Source: Caenispirillum bisanense
GTDB lineage: Bacteria; Pseudomonadota; Alphaproteobacteria; Rhodospirillales; Rhodospirillaceae
DNA: 64,000 nucleotides
Assembly (NCBI GenBank): GCA_945906455.1
Contig: CAMDRB010000001.1
Location: forward strand, 710-64,709
Reading direction: 5' to 3'
The notes below the pieces were generated by a model that made no database searches, had not been told where the DNA came from, and was given only the letters and a program-made list of their open reading frames with translations. Below, piece by piece: positions 18,869 to 29,242 of this stretch. Numbering within the stretch: position 1 is the first letter of the stretch; each line of letters begins with the position of its first letter. Position numbers and translations under genes: made by a program.

Positions 18869-19728
18869 GCCCACGTATGGTTGCCGGCTTTGTGATCGTT
18901 GTCGGAGCGCTTCTGCTGGCCTCCAGCGCGCTGTTCACGGTCCACCAAACCCAACAGGCCTTGGTCTTGCAGTTCGGCGAGCCCAAGAGCGTCATCGCCG
19001 AACCCGGCTTGCACTTCAAACTGCCCTTCATTCAGGACGTGTACTACTACGACTCGCGCGTCCTCGACCTCGATCCCCCGGGCCAGGACATGTCGCTGAT
19101 CGACCAGCGGCGCATCAATGTCGACTCCTTCGCCCGGTATCGCATTGTCGATCCGCTGAAGTTCTACCAGACCGTGTTGACCGAAACCGCCTTCCGCGAT
19201 CGTTTCGGGAATATCCTGAACGGCAGCGTCCGCGACGCTCTTGGCCGCACGGATCTTGCCGATGTGCTTGGCTCCAAGCGCCAGGACGTTATGCATGAGA
19301 TCACGCTAGCGGTGAGCCGGCGCGCCGAGGAGTTCGGGATCAAGGTGGTGGAAGTCCGTATCGGTCGCACCGAATTGACGGCGGATACCACGCAGGCGAC
19401 CTACAATCGGATGCGATCGGACCGCATGGCCGAGGCCGCCGATTTTCGTGGCCGGGGCCAGGAACAAAAATCGCGCATCGAGGCCGACGCCGACCGTGAG
19501 CGGACGATCATTATTGCCGAGGCGCAAAAAGAGTCGCAGACCCTCCTGGGCACGGGCGAAGCCGAGAGCCGGCGTATCCTGAATACAGCTCAGGGCAAGG
19601 ACGCCGAGTTTTACGGCTTCTTCCGGGCCATGGAAGCCTACCGCGGCGCCTTCGGCGAAGGCACGACCATGGTGCTGTCGCCCAATGCGGAATTCTTTAA
19701 GTATTTCAATAATATGACTGGAAAGTAA
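18865..19728 (+). CDS. hflC: FtsH protease modulator HflC
   Basis: SPFH domain protein with an N-terminal TM segment, FTVHQTQQALVLQFGEP, and its position after hflK. Confidence 0.88.
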   Translation: MSPRMVAGFVIVVGALLLASSALFTVHQTQQALVLQFGEPKSVIAEPGLHFKLPFIQDVYYYDSRVLDLDPPGQDMSLIDQRRINVDSFARYRIVDPLKFYQTVLTETAFRDRFGNILNGSVRDALGRTDLADVLGSKRQDVMHEITLAVSRRAEEFGIKVVEVRIGRTELTADTTQATYNRMRSDRMAEAADFRGRGQEQKSRIEADADRERTIIIAEAQKESQTLLGTGEAESRRILNTAQGKDAEFYGFFRAMEAYRGAFGEGTTMVLSPNAEFFKYFNNMTGK

Positions 19729-19895
19729 CGGCGGTTTCCGCGGTCGCGCGCGGTCAGCGGCCGCGATTTATCGGCGGCCCTTTGCCGCGAAAAGGCCCGT
19801 TCGACCGGCGGCCGAGAAGCCCCGCTTGCCCGGCCCCTGGCTTTCGGAGAGACTCGCCGCCACTGCAATGCCTTATGGCAAAGGAGAATCTGCCC

Positions 19896-21338
19896 GTGAA
19901 ATCCATCCTCGGTTTCGCCGCCGCCGCGGCGGTTGCCGTTTGCGTCATGCCGGCCGCGGCGCGCAATGCGCCCGATAGTTTCGCCGATCTTGCCGCGCGA
20001 CTTAGCCCGGCGGTTGTCAATATTTCCACCAGCCAGAACGTCGAGCGCAAGAAGGGCGGCGATGAAATTCCATGGGATGAATTCTTCCCGGATCAATTCC
20101 AGAACCGAAGAGGCGGTGAAGCCCCAGACGGAAAAGCGCCGCCGCGCCGCCAAACGTCGCTTGGTTCCGGTTTCATCATCGACAAGGCCGGTTATATCGT
20201 TACCAACAACCACGTCGTTGAAGATGCCGACCAGATTTCAGTGATCTTAGAGGACGATACGGTTCTGGAAGCCAAGCTCGTCGGCCGCGATGCCAAGGTT
20301 GACGTCGCGCTTTTGAAGGTCGAGGCCAAGTCCGACTTACCGGTCGTGAACTGGGGAAATTCCAACGGCGCCCGTGTCGGTGACTGGGTCCTTGCCATCG
20401 GTAATCCCTTCGGGCTTTCGGGCACCGTGACCACGGGCATCATCTCGGCGCGCTCGCGCGATATCAAGGCCGGGCAATACGACGATTTCATTCAGACCGA
20501 CGCCTCGATCAATCGCGGCAATTCGGGTGGTCCGCTCTTCAACATGGACGGCCAAGTCATCGGTGTCAACACGGCAATCTACTCGCCGTCGGGCGGCAGC
20601 GTCGGAATCGGATTTGCGGCTTCGGCTAATCTCGTGCGCCCCGTGCTCGACGACTTGCGCAAATACGGCCGCACCCGCCGCGGCTGGATCGGTGTCCAGA
20701 TTCAGAGTGTCACCGAGGAAATCGCACAGAGCCTTGGTCTTGATAAGGCGCGCGGCGCTTTGGTGTCGAGGGTCACCGAAAACGGCCCGGCCGTCGCCTC
20801 CGGGATTGAGTCCAGCGACATCATCTTGAACTTCGACGGCAAACCAATCGATAAAATGTCCGAATTGCCGCGCGTCGTCGCGGAGTCCGGCATCGACAAG
20901 ACCGTCAACGTCCAATTGTGGCGCAAAGGCACGCAGAAAACCGTCAAACTGAAGGTCGGCGAATTGCGCGACGAAAATGAAAAAGTCGTGGCGAGCTTGG
21001 GAGCCCCCGACACGACCAAGCAGGAGGTCAAGAAGACCGAGATCAAGGAGCTCGGCGTAACTGTCGTCGAAATTAGCGACGAGACACGCGCGAAGTACAC
21101 GATTCCGGCAAGTGTACGCGGACTGGTGATTGTCGAAATCGACGAATCCAGCGATGCGGCGCTGAAGGGCCTGCGCCCGGGCGACGTAATCGATGAGATC
21201 CAGCAGATCTATATCGCCAACCCCGCCGACGCCGCCGCGGCGATCCGCCGCGCCAAGGAAGGCTCGCGCTCAGTTGTGTTGGTCCGGGTGATGAACGGCG
21301 GCGGTATCCGCCTCATTCCTATCAAGCTGGCCGGCTGA
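19896..21338 (+). CDS. degP: Periplasmic Do/DegP/HtrA-family serine endoprotease (two PDZ domains)
   Basis: Catalytic motifs TNNHVV, DVALLKV and GNSGGPLF, with two PDZ-like segments. The start is a GTG 9 nt after AAGGAG and gives the signal peptide KSILGFAAAAAVAVCVMPAAA. An alternative ATG lies at 19875. Confidence 0.88.
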   Translation: MKSILGFAAAAAVAVCVMPAAARNAPDSFADLAARLSPAVVNISTSQNVERKKGGDEIPWDEFFPDQFQNRRGGEAPDGKAPPRRQTSLGSGFIIDKAGYIVTNNHVVEDADQISVILEDDTVLEAKLVGRDAKVDVALLKVEAKSDLPVVNWGNSNGARVGDWVLAIGNPFGLSGTVTTGIISARSRDIKAGQYDDFIQTDASINRGNSGGPLFNMDGQVIGVNTAIYSPSGGSVGIGFAASANLVRPVLDDLRKYGRTRRGWIGVQIQSVTEEIAQSLGLDKARGALVSRVTENGPAVASGIESSDIILNFDGKPIDKMSELPRVVAESGIDKTVNVQLWRKGTQKTVKLKVGELRDENEKVVASLGAPDTTKQEVKKTEIKELGVTVVEISDETRAKYTIPASVRGLVIVEIDESSDAALKGLRPGDVIDEIQQIYIANPADAAAAIRRAKEGSRSVVLVRVMNGGGIRLIPIKLAG

Positions 21339-21380
21339 CAACGCCCGTCAGGGCCGTGTGATTTCGAGCTTAGGTCGGCA

Positions 21381-21827
21381 ATGCGGGTTGATTTTTACCA
21401 TCTCCAAGCCTCGCCGGTTGAAGTGGCGCTGCCGCAACTTTTAGAGCGGGTACTCCAGGCCGGACACCGCGCCGTGGTCATGGCCGGTTCGGAAGACCGG
21501 GTTGAAGTGCTCGCGAATCATCTGTGGACATATGATCCCGACGCCTGGCTTCCTCACGGCACGCTCAAGGATGGATTTGCCGAAGACCAGCCGATCTGGC
21601 TGACCGATCGGGACGAAAATCCCAACGCGGCGCGGATGCTGATTCTGACCGACGGCATGACGTCCACTCGCCTGGCCGACTTCGATCGCTGCCTGGACGT
21701 GTTCGACGGCAATAACCCCCAGGCGACGGCGGCGGCGAGGGACCGCTGGTCCGTGGCCAAGGCGGCCGGCCACGAGCTCCATTACTGGCAGCAGACCGAC
21801 ACCGGCTGGAAGGAAAAGGCGACCTGA
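21381..21827 (+). CDS. holC: DNA polymerase III chi subunit
   Basis: 148 aa with MRVDFYHL...LLERVLQAGHRAVV...LWTYDPDAWLPHG, typical of HolC. Confidence 0.85.
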   Translation: MRVDFYHLQASPVEVALPQLLERVLQAGHRAVVMAGSEDRVEVLANHLWTYDPDAWLPHGTLKDGFAEDQPIWLTDRDENPNAARMLILTDGMTSTRLADFDRCLDVFDGNNPQATAAARDRWSVAKAAGHELHYWQQTDTGWKEKAT

Positions 21828-21919
21828 GGACCGGGTCTGGTGCCGGTTGCATGGGCCGCCCGGCTTGTCTATAACCCCGCCACCTTCAGCAATTCCTTCA
21901 CGCTTTACATAGGTTGACC

Positions 21920-22342
21920 ATGGCTCTCGAACGCACATTCTCCATCATCAAGCCCGATGCCACCCGCCGTAACTTGACCGGTAAGGTCAATGCTTTGCTG
22001 GAAGCCGGTGGTTTGCGGATCGTCGCCCAGAAGCGCCTACGCTTGAGCACAGCCCAGGCCGAAGCCTTTTACGGGGTTCACAAGGACCGACCGTTTTTCA
22101 GAAGCCTCGTGGATTTCATGACCTCGGGCCCAATCGTCGCCCAGGTGCTCGAGGGCGAAAATGCTGTGGCGCGCAACCGTGAAATTATGGGAGCCACCAA
22201 TCCCGCCAACGCCGCCGAAGGCACGATCCGCAAGGTGTTCGCCGAGTCTATTGAAGCTAACTCCGCCCACGGATCGGACTCGGCCGAAAACGCCGCCATT
22301 GAGATCGCGTTTTTCTTCTCGGGCATCGATATCGTCGGCTGA
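21920..22342 (+). CDS. ndk: Nucleoside-diphosphate kinase
   Basis: 140 aa with [24 protein letters not shown] and NSAHGSDS motifs. Confidence 0.96.
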   Translation: MALERTFSIIKPDATRRNLTGKVNALLEAGGLRIVAQKRLRLSTAQAEAFYGVHKDRPFFRSLVDFMTSGPIVAQVLEGENAVARNREIMGATNPANAAEGTIRKVFAESIEANSAHGSDSAENAAIEIAFFFSGIDIVG

Positions 22343-22387
22343 GCGGCGGCGGCGGGACGCACGCGCAAGTCAACAGGAGGGACAGTC

Positions 22388-23008
22388 ATGGCGGCGCTTG
22401 CGGCTCGCCCGACCATTGCATTCCTCGCCTCCCACTATGGCACGAATATGCGTACCATCGTTGCCGCCTGTCGTGACGGCCGCTTGCGCGCGACACCGGT
22501 GGTATTGATCAGCAACAACGGCGACAGCGCCGCCATCGCCTGGGCGAAGCAGAATCGCCTGCCCGCGGTCCACATAAGCGCAAGGACCGCCGGCTCCGAG
22601 GCTGCGGCCGATGCCGCCATCGCCGCCACGCTTGCGCAACACGGTGCCGACCTGGTCGTGCTGGCGGGCTATATGCGCAAGCTGGGGCGCGAGACTCTCG
22701 GCGCATTTGCCAAACGCATTCTCAATGTCCACCCGTCGCTCTTGCCGAAATTCGGCGGGACCGGCATGTATGGGCATCACGTCCATGAAGCCGTCCTCAA
22801 GGCCGGTGAGGCCGAGACCGGCGCCACCATCCACTTGGTCGACGACGAATACGATCACGGACCGGTTGTCGCCCAGGCGCGGGTCGTTGTGGTGGCCGGT
22901 GATACGCCGGATACTCTGGCCGCGCGCGTCCAGGCCAAGGAGCAGGAACTGTTTCCGGATACCTTAAAGCGGATCATTGCGCGCGAGATTAATCTCGATC
23001 GTCTGTGA
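22388..23008 (+). CDS. purN: Phosphoribosylglycinamide formyltransferase
   Basis: 206 aa with LVVLAGYMRKL, ILNVHPSLLPKFGG and GATIHLVDDEYDHGP motifs. Confidence 0.85.
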   Translation: MAALAARPTIAFLASHYGTNMRTIVAACRDGRLRATPVVLISNNGDSAAIAWAKQNRLPAVHISARTAGSEAAADAAIAATLAQHGADLVVLAGYMRKLGRETLGAFAKRILNVHPSLLPKFGGTGMYGHHVHEAVLKAGEAETGATIHLVDDEYDHGPVVAQARVVVVAGDTPDTLAARVQAKEQELFPDTLKRIIAREINLDRL

Positions 23009-23027
23009 TCGGCCAAGACCTTCGGTG

Positions 23028-23130
23028 CCTAGACCGCAATCCGAGCATATTGAATCGCGATTGCGGTCTAGATTCTTGATGTGGTCGCATTATTTGCGGC
23101 GAACCGGTACCCACTTCGCCGGATAATGCT
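23028..23130. repeat. Structured intergenic repeat: 13-bp-stem hairpin plus inverted copy of the AAGTGGGTACCGG element
   Basis: The stem ctagaccgcaatc / gattgcggtctag spans 23028-23070. The reverse complement of 23095-23130 reads GAGCATTATCCGGCGAAGTGGGTACCGGTTCGCCGC and aligns with 16229-16264. Confidence 0.65.
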
Positions 23131-24255
23131 CTATGCCCTCAAATGCATGTCGGCATCGGTAAAGGTGACGTCCAGGGGCTCGATGACGACGCGCTTGGCC
23201 CCGGCTTCGACGACCCCGGCGGACCAAGCGGCGACGCCTGAGGCCTTGGCAGCGGCAACGGTTTTTTCAACATCTTCGGCCGCGACGAAAAGAGCCAAGC
23301 CCGCGCCCATGTTGAAGGTGGCGTAGGCATCGGCGTCACTCAAGCCCGCCGCCTCCCGAATAAACGTGAGCACGGGCGGTACCGGCGGCACGGTATGGAA
23401 TCGATAAGTTAGCGGTGAGTCATAGCGCATGATCTTGCGCCAGCCGTGGCCGGTGATGTTGGCGATGTAATGCGGGATCACGCCCGCCGCGAACACCGCT
23501 TCGGTCACGGGCGAGTAGAGAACGGTGGGATCGAGCAGGGCATCGCCGTAGAGGCGACCGTCGCTCAGGGTCGTCCGGTAGCCTGCAGGAAGCGAGCCCG
23601 CGAGTTTGCGCGCTAGCGAAACGCCGTTGGCGTGAATGCCGCTGGAGGCCAGGAGGACAATGACGTCACCCGGCCTCATTCTGTTGAGCAGCGTCAAGCG
23701 ATCGCGCGGCTTGACGATGCCGATGCACGACGCCGCGAGATCGATGGTACCGGCTTCGACGACCCCGGCGAGGCTGGGTGTTTCGCCGCCGCCCCAAGAG
23801 ACGCCGCAGTGGTCGCAAGCCGCTTTCCATCCGCGCACGAGATCCCGGGCGCGTTCTTTATCGTCGAACCATGCGCTGCTGCCGGCCGCCCAATAGGCCT
23901 GAACCGAAATCGGGGTCGCGCCCACGGTAATAATGTCGTTGATCGCCATGGCCAGAGTGTCTTGGGCGAGGGCGTCGAAATAGGTCCGGCCGGTGATCCC
24001 ACGCATGGCGTCGGCAATCAATACCTTGGTGCCCAAGCATTCGGTAATTGACGCCAAAAGAAATTCGCCGACGTCCACTACGTAAGCGGATTCGCCCCGC
24101 GAAGCGGCGACCTCGCGGAAGCCAGAATGCGCCAAATTCGCCGCGGTCTCGCGAGCGGCGCGCTGGGCGTCGATTTTGAGCGGGTCAATCTTGGAATAGT
24201 CGACCCCGGCGTCTTTGTAGGCTAAACCGATGGGACGCGTGGGTTGTTGAGCCAT
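23131..24255 (-). CDS. AIR-synthase (PurM) family protein, probable phosphoribosylformylglycinamidine cyclo-ligase of a divergent type
   Basis: Family motifs are present: YKDAGVD, LGTK, DTLAMAINDIITVGATP, GGGETP and SSGIHANGVSLARK. The N-terminal region differs from the canonical DAGNALVERIK form. Confidence 0.7.
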   Translation of the reverse strand: MAQQPTRPIGLAYKDAGVDYSKIDPLKIDAQRAARETAANLAHSGFREVAASRGESAYVVDVGEFLLASITECLGTKVLIADAMRGITGRTYFDALAQDTLAMAINDIITVGATPISVQAYWAAGSSAWFDDKERARDLVRGWKAACDHCGVSWGGGETPSLAGVVEAGTIDLAASCIGIVKPRDRLTLLNRMRPGDVIVLLASSGIHANGVSLARKLAGSLPAGYRTTLSDGRLYGDALLDPTVLYSPVTEAVFAAGVIPHYIANITGHGWRKIMRYDSPLTYRFHTVPPVPPVLTFIREAAGLSDADAYATFNMGAGLALFVAAEDVEKTVAAAKASGVAAWSAGVVEAGAKRVVIEPLDVTFTDADMHLRA

Positions 24256-24312
24256 GTGGGTGGATCAGGCGTCTGCTGGCCGTGCTAAAATGCCGCTGGA
24301 TTTGAGGCGAAT

Positions 24313-25590
24313 ATGAAGGCGAACATACTGGATCGACGGCGCTTTGCAATGGGCCTGGCCGGAATTGCCCTATGGTCAATCGGCGCGGCTGTCGGCCTTG
24401 CCGAGGGGTCGTTTTTCAACCCGGCGGCGGCGCAATCGATTCAGGCAACCATGGGCCCCGGTCCGGTTACCGGCCCCGACCTGTTTGTGGCCAATGCCGT
24501 TGCCGTCGATGTTACAGCCGCCAGCGTCACCGAAGCACGCGAACGCGGGCTAACCCAAGGCCGGGTCGTCGGGTTCCGAACGGTATTAGGTCGGCTTGTC
24601 GCCCGTGATGATCTCGCCAACGTGCCCGAGCTCACGGCTGTCCAAATTATCGACATGGTACGCGATTTCTCCATCGCCAATGAACGCAGTTCGGCGGTGC
24701 GTTATCTGGCCGATCTGACCGTGCGATTCGATCCCGTCAGCGTTAGGCGCCTCCTGCGTAATGCCAACATTCCCCTCACGGAAACACTGAGTAAGCCGTT
24801 GGTCGTGGTTCCCTTGATGCGCGAGGACGCGAACGCGAACTGGAAGTTGTGGGAAGATGCCAATATATGGCGCGGCGCGTGGTCGCTGGTGCCTGCCGAT
24901 CTTGGACTCGTTTCCCTCATCGTACCTGCCGGTAACGCCGAGGATGCCGCGCTTCTCAACGCCGAGCAGGCGGCAGGGAAGGACCTGACGGCGCTCAATC
25001 GACTTGCCGAGCGTTACGGCGCCGGCGGCACCGTGATCGCCTTGGCAACGGGTACACCTGAAGGCATACAGATCACGCTGGGCGAACTGCGGAATGACCT
25101 GCCATCGGCAGAACTGAGCCTGATCCACCCCGCCGAGCCCGGCCGGGCGCGCGACCTGTTATTGGCGGCGGCGGCGACCGCCGCGGCCGAAGCCGTCCAG
25201 GAAAATTGGAAGCAACGCAACCGCGTAACCTTCGGCGGCACGACACAGATAACCGCCCTGGTGCCGGTGGTCGACCTTAGGGAGTGGCTGACGGTCAAAA
25301 ACCGGCTCAGTGAAGTTCCGCTGATCGATCGCCTTGAACTGCAGGCCATTACCCGGGACCGTGCACAAATCACGCTGCATTACGCGGGCGCGCAACGCCA
25401 GTTGGAACTGGCGATGTCGCAGCACGATCTCGCCTTGACGCAGCAGGACGGTGTTTGGATCATTCAGGTGCGGGGCGGCGTCTCGGCAACTCGCGTCCCC
25501 GGCAATTCCGAGCTCGAAACTCCGCCTTTGGGCGAACCCTCGCTCTGGGAGCCAGGTTTGCCGCCGCCAGGCGCGGATCCACCTCAGTAA
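24313..25590 (+). CDS. Exported protein of unknown function (possibly DUF2066 family)
   Basis: The N-terminus has a Tat-like DRRRFAMGLAGIAL signal. Its position between purM and hda matches the conserved DUF2066 neighbourhood. The family assignment is from memory only. Confidence 0.45.
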   Translation: MKANILDRRRFAMGLAGIALWSIGAAVGLAEGSFFNPAAAQSIQATMGPGPVTGPDLFVANAVAVDVTAASVTEARERGLTQGRVVGFRTVLGRLVARDDLANVPELTAVQIIDMVRDFSIANERSSAVRYLADLTVRFDPVSVRRLLRNANIPLTETLSKPLVVVPLMREDANANWKLWEDANIWRGAWSLVPADLGLVSLIVPAGNAEDAALLNAEQAAGKDLTALNRLAERYGAGGTVIALATGTPEGIQITLGELRNDLPSAELSLIHPAEPGRARDLLLAAAATAAAEAVQENWKQRNRVTFGGTTQITALVPVVDLREWLTVKNRLSEVPLIDRLELQAITRDRAQITLHYAGAQRQLELAMSQHDLALTQQDGVWIIQVRGGVSATRVPGNSELETPPLGEPSLWEPGLPPPGADPPQ

Positions 25591-25593
25591 ATC

Positions 25594-26268
25594 ATGTCGG
25601 ACGATCGCCAGCTCGTACTCGACCTTGGGCACCGCCCAGCCTTCGGCCGCGATGATTTTTTGGTGGCGCCGGGCAACCGCGAGGCGGTTGATTGGATTGA
25701 CCGCTGGCCGGCGTGGCCAGGCCACGCACTGGCGATTTTCGGACCCGCGGGTTGCGGCAAGTCGCATTTGGCCCAGGTCTTTGCCTTACGGGCAGAGGCC
25801 CCGGTGTTGGCGGCGACGGACGTGCGCGTCGAGACGGTTCCTCATCTGATCGAAGGCCGCAGCGCACTGGCGTTGGAAATTGGCGAGACAGCGATCGATC
25901 CGCGCGGACTATTGCATCTCTTCAATGCGCTAAAAGAGCAGGGCGGCCATCTACTCCTGACGTCGCGTGAACCGCCCGCGCGCTGGCCTGTCGTGCTCTT
26001 GGATCTAAAGTCGCGATTGGCGGCAATTCAGGCGGTGCGAATCTCCGCCCCCGACGACGCCATGATCGAGGCCGTGCTGGTAAAATTGTTTGCTGATCGC
26101 CAGATTGCCGTCGGCCCGGGCGCGATTGCCTATTTGCTCCGCCGCATCGATCGCAGCTTTGCGGCCGCCAGGGCGGTTGTCGCCCAGGCCGACAGCGCGG
26201 CGCTGACGGATAAGCGTGCGGTTACGATTCCGCTGTTGAAGCAGGTTCTTGGCGAGGCCACGGAATAG
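25594..26268 (+). CDS. hdaA: DnaA-related regulatory protein HdaA
   Basis: 224 aa with QLVLDL, a Walker A GPAGCGKSHL and an AAA+ core similar to DnaA domain III. Confidence 0.82.
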   Translation: MSDDRQLVLDLGHRPAFGRDDFLVAPGNREAVDWIDRWPAWPGHALAIFGPAGCGKSHLAQVFALRAEAPVLAATDVRVETVPHLIEGRSALALEIGETAIDPRGLLHLFNALKEQGGHLLLTSREPPARWPVVLLDLKSRLAAIQAVRISAPDDAMIEAVLVKLFADRQIAVGPGAIAYLLRRIDRSFAAARAVVAQADSAALTDKRAVTIPLLKQVLGEATE

Positions 26269-26287
26269 TCGGGCCGAAATTATTTCT

Positions 26288-26815
26288 TTAGTCGTCGGCA
26301 AGATCGCTGGGTTGGATGAAGCCGGCCAAGATGCCGCCACCGGCCTTTACCTCGCGCCAGTAGGCGACGTTGAATTGCAAGCTGCACAAGGCGCCGGTTG
26401 GAAACTTCACCTTGAGAGCCGCAAGTTCCTTCGCGTGGCCAGAGGCCGCGTTGCGCGCGAGCGAGCGAGCGGTTGTGTGGAACGCGGGATTGTGCCCGAT
26501 GATCATGACGCCATCGGCAGCGTCCGGCAGGCCCCTGATGAATTCCATGAGGTTGCCCTGGTCCACGAGGTATAGCTGATCGCAAAAGCCGATCGACACG
26601 CTGGGCAAGGCCGGCGCAACAAGTTGCCAGGTGTCGCGGGTGCGCTGGGCGGTCGAGCAGAAAACCTGCTTAAGCTGAAAATTGCTCTCGGCCAAGTAGC
26701 CGGCAAGGGCCTTCGCGGACCGTATTCCGCGCGCGGCGAGAGGCCGGGCGTGGTCGGTACCGTCGGCGGCTTTACCGGCCGCTTTGGCGTGGCGGAGGAG
26801 GTGAAGGGTTCTCAA
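26288..26815 (-). CDS. Histidine phosphatase family protein (SixA-like)
   Basis: The RHAKA motif is near the N-terminus (LHLLRHAKA), followed by a later GHNP motif. Length is 175 aa. Confidence 0.75.
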   Translation of the reverse strand: MRTLHLLRHAKAAGKAADGTDHARPLAARGIRSAKALAGYLAESNFQLKQVFCSTAQRTRDTWQLVAPALPSVSIGFCDQLYLVDQGNLMEFIRGLPDAADGVMIIGHNPAFHTTARSLARNAASGHAKELAALKVKFPTGALCSLQFNVAYWREVKAGGGILAGFIQPSDLADD

Positions 26816-26980
26816 GGCCTAAATCCGTGGTTACGCGAGAAACTTTCCATAGGGGCGGACGGTATGATACTCTGTAAGGCGCGGAAATCATTGCAATTTG
26901 GTGTTTTTTCCGTGGCGGGTATTGCGTCCAGCGCCGGGCCGGGGTGGAATCATACGACGATGCTCTAAGGGGATACGCCA

Positions 26981-29185
26981 ATGGTGCCGTCCGAGCCACT
27001 GTCGAAAGGCGCTGCAAAGGGGCCTGGCCGAGTCCAGGGCCAATCCCAGGCCATGCAACCGTTCGACGTAGCGTCATTCCCGCCGCGGGAACGCTTTATC
27101 AACCGCGAGCTCTCGTGGCTGGCATTCAACAGCCGCGTCCTCGAGGAGGCGCGCAACCCGCGCCATCCAGTGCTGGAACGCGTCCGCTTCCTGTCGATCT
27201 CGGCGTCGAACCTAGACGAGTTTTACATGGTGCGCGTTGCCGGCCTCAAGGGTCAGGTGAACGCGGGCGTGACGCTGCCTTCGGCTGATGGGCTGACGCC
27301 GCAGGAGCAGCTTGATCTCATCAACGAGGCCGTCCGCGGCTTGTTTAAGGAACAGGACGAGACGTGGATCACATTGAAGGCGATATTGGCCAAGGAAGGC
27401 ATCCATGTCGTCGGCCCCCAGGATCTTACCGGCGACGACCGCCAGGTGCTCGAAAAGCGGTTCATGGACCACATGTTCCCGATTTTCACGCCCCTGGCCG
27501 TCGATCCCGCCCATCCGTTCCCATTCATCCCCAATCTGGGCCACGCGCTCGTGCTGCAGCTTGTGCGCATCGCCGACGGCGAATTGATGCGTGCATTGGT
27601 GCCGATTCCACAGCAAGTGCAGCGCTTCGTCAGGCTCAAGGGGCCGGTCATCCGCTTCATTCTTGTCGAGGACCTGGTGCTGATGTTCTCGGGGGCCCTG
27701 TTCCCGGGTTTCAAAGTGCTGCAGGCCGGCCACTTTCGTGTCATCCGCGATACTGAAATGGAAATCGACGAGGAAGCCGAGGATCTGGTCGGTAGTTTCG
27801 AAAGCGCCTTGAAACGCCGCCGCCGCGGCACCTGCATCCGGCTCGCCCTCGCGGGGGACATGCCGCCCGGCCAGATCAAAGTGATCTGCGACGAGTTGGA
27901 GGTGTCGCTTGACGACTCTTTCAAGATCGACGGCATGATCGGCCAGACCGATCTGAAACAGCTGATTACCGACGACCGGTCCGACTTGCTTTTCCCGCCC
28001 TACAATGCCCGTTTCCCCGAACGCATCCGCGATTTCGGCGGCGACTGCTTCGCTTCCATCCGCCAAAAGGACATCGTCGTTCACCACCCCTACGAGTCCT
28101 TTGATGTGGTGGTGCAGTTTCTGCGTCAGGCAGCGCGTGATCCCAACGTGCTCTCGATTAAACAGACGCTCTACCGCACCAGCAAAGACAGCCCAATCGT
28201 CAAGGCCTTGGTGGAAGCCGCCGAAGCCGGCAAGTCAGTCACGGCCATGGTCGAGTTGAAAGCCCGCTTTGACGAGGAAGCCAATATACGCTGGGCTAGA
28301 GACTTAGAGCGAGCCGGCGCGAGTGTCGTGTTCGGGTTCGTCAATTTGAAAACCCACGCCAAGATTTCACTCGTCGTGCGCCGCGAAGGATCGGAGACCC
28401 GCTCCTATGTCCACTTCGGGACTGGAAATTACCACTCGGTCACCGCCAAGATTTATACCGACTTGTCGTTCTTCACGTGCGACCCGATCTTGTGCCGCGA
28501 TGCCACGCGCGTATTCAATTACATGACCGGCTACGCCCAGCCGGATTCCCTCGAAAAATTGGCCATCGCGCCCATCGGCTTGCGCCGGAAGTTGATGGCG
28601 CTGATCGAGGATGAAATCGCATTTGTGGCGGAGGGGAGGCCCGGGACGATCTGGGCGAAAATGAATTCCATCGTCGATCCGGGAATCATCGACGCGCTCT
28701 ACCGTGCCTCGCAGGCTGGCGTAAAGATCGACATGGTGATCCGCGGCATTTGTGGCCTCAGGCCAGGCGTGCCGGGCCTGTCGGAGAATACTCGCGTGAA
28801 GAGTATCGTCGGGCGATTTCTTGAGCATTCGCGCATCGTCTGCTTTGGAAACGGCCACGAAATGCCCTCACGCAAGGCGAAGATTTTCATTTCATCGGCC
28901 GACTTGATGCCGCGCAACCTGGATGCTCGGGTCGAAACGTTTGTGCCGGTCGAGAATGCGACCGTTCACCAGCAGATCCTTGACCAGATCATGGTCGTCA
29001 ATTTCAACGACAACCTGCAAAGTTGGGATCTAGGCGCCGATGGCTCCTACGTCCGCGAATCCGTCGGCGAGCAGCCGTTCTCGGCTCACGAATACTTCAT
29101 GACCAATCCCAGCCTTTCAGGCCAAGGCAGCGCCGTAGAACGGGCAAAAAAACGCGTACCCAAGCTGGTTCCCAGCCGTCGCTAA
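26981..29185 (+). CDS. ppk1: Polyphosphate kinase 1
   Basis: 734 aa with [20 protein letters not shown] at the N-terminus and two PLD-like HxK motifs (KTHAK.. / HSR). An AAGGGGA RBS precedes the ATG at 26981. Confidence 0.93.
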   Translation: MVPSEPLSKGAAKGPGRVQGQSQAMQPFDVASFPPRERFINRELSWLAFNSRVLEEARNPRHPVLERVRFLSISASNLDEFYMVRVAGLKGQVNAGVTLPSADGLTPQEQLDLINEAVRGLFKEQDETWITLKAILAKEGIHVVGPQDLTGDDRQVLEKRFMDHMFPIFTPLAVDPAHPFPFIPNLGHALVLQLVRIADGELMRALVPIPQQVQRFVRLKGPVIRFILVEDLVLMFSGALFPGFKVLQAGHFRVIRDTEMEIDEEAEDLVGSFESALKRRRRGTCIRLALAGDMPPGQIKVICDELEVSLDDSFKIDGMIGQTDLKQLITDDRSDLLFPPYNARFPERIRDFGGDCFASIRQKDIVVHHPYESFDVVVQFLRQAARDPNVLSIKQTLYRTSKDSPIVKALVEAAEAGKSVTAMVELKARFDEEANIRWARDLERAGASVVFGFVNLKTHAKISLVVRREGSETRSYVHFGTGNYHSVTAKIYTDLSFFTCDPILCRDATRVFNYMTGYAQPDSLEKLAIAPIGLRRKLMALIEDEIAFVAEGRPGTIWAKMNSIVDPGIIDALYRASQAGVKIDMVIRGICGLRPGVPGLSENTRVKSIVGRFLEHSRIVCFGNGHEMPSRKAKIFISSADLMPRNLDARVETFVPVENATVHQQILDQIMVVNFNDNLQSWDLGADGSYVRESVGEQPFSAHEYFMTNPSLSGQGSAVERAKKRVPKLVPSRR

Positions 29186-29242
29186 AGCTGTTATCAAGCG
29201 CCTCTGATTTAATGCGAATCTGAGCGAGCGGACGCCGGGGAT

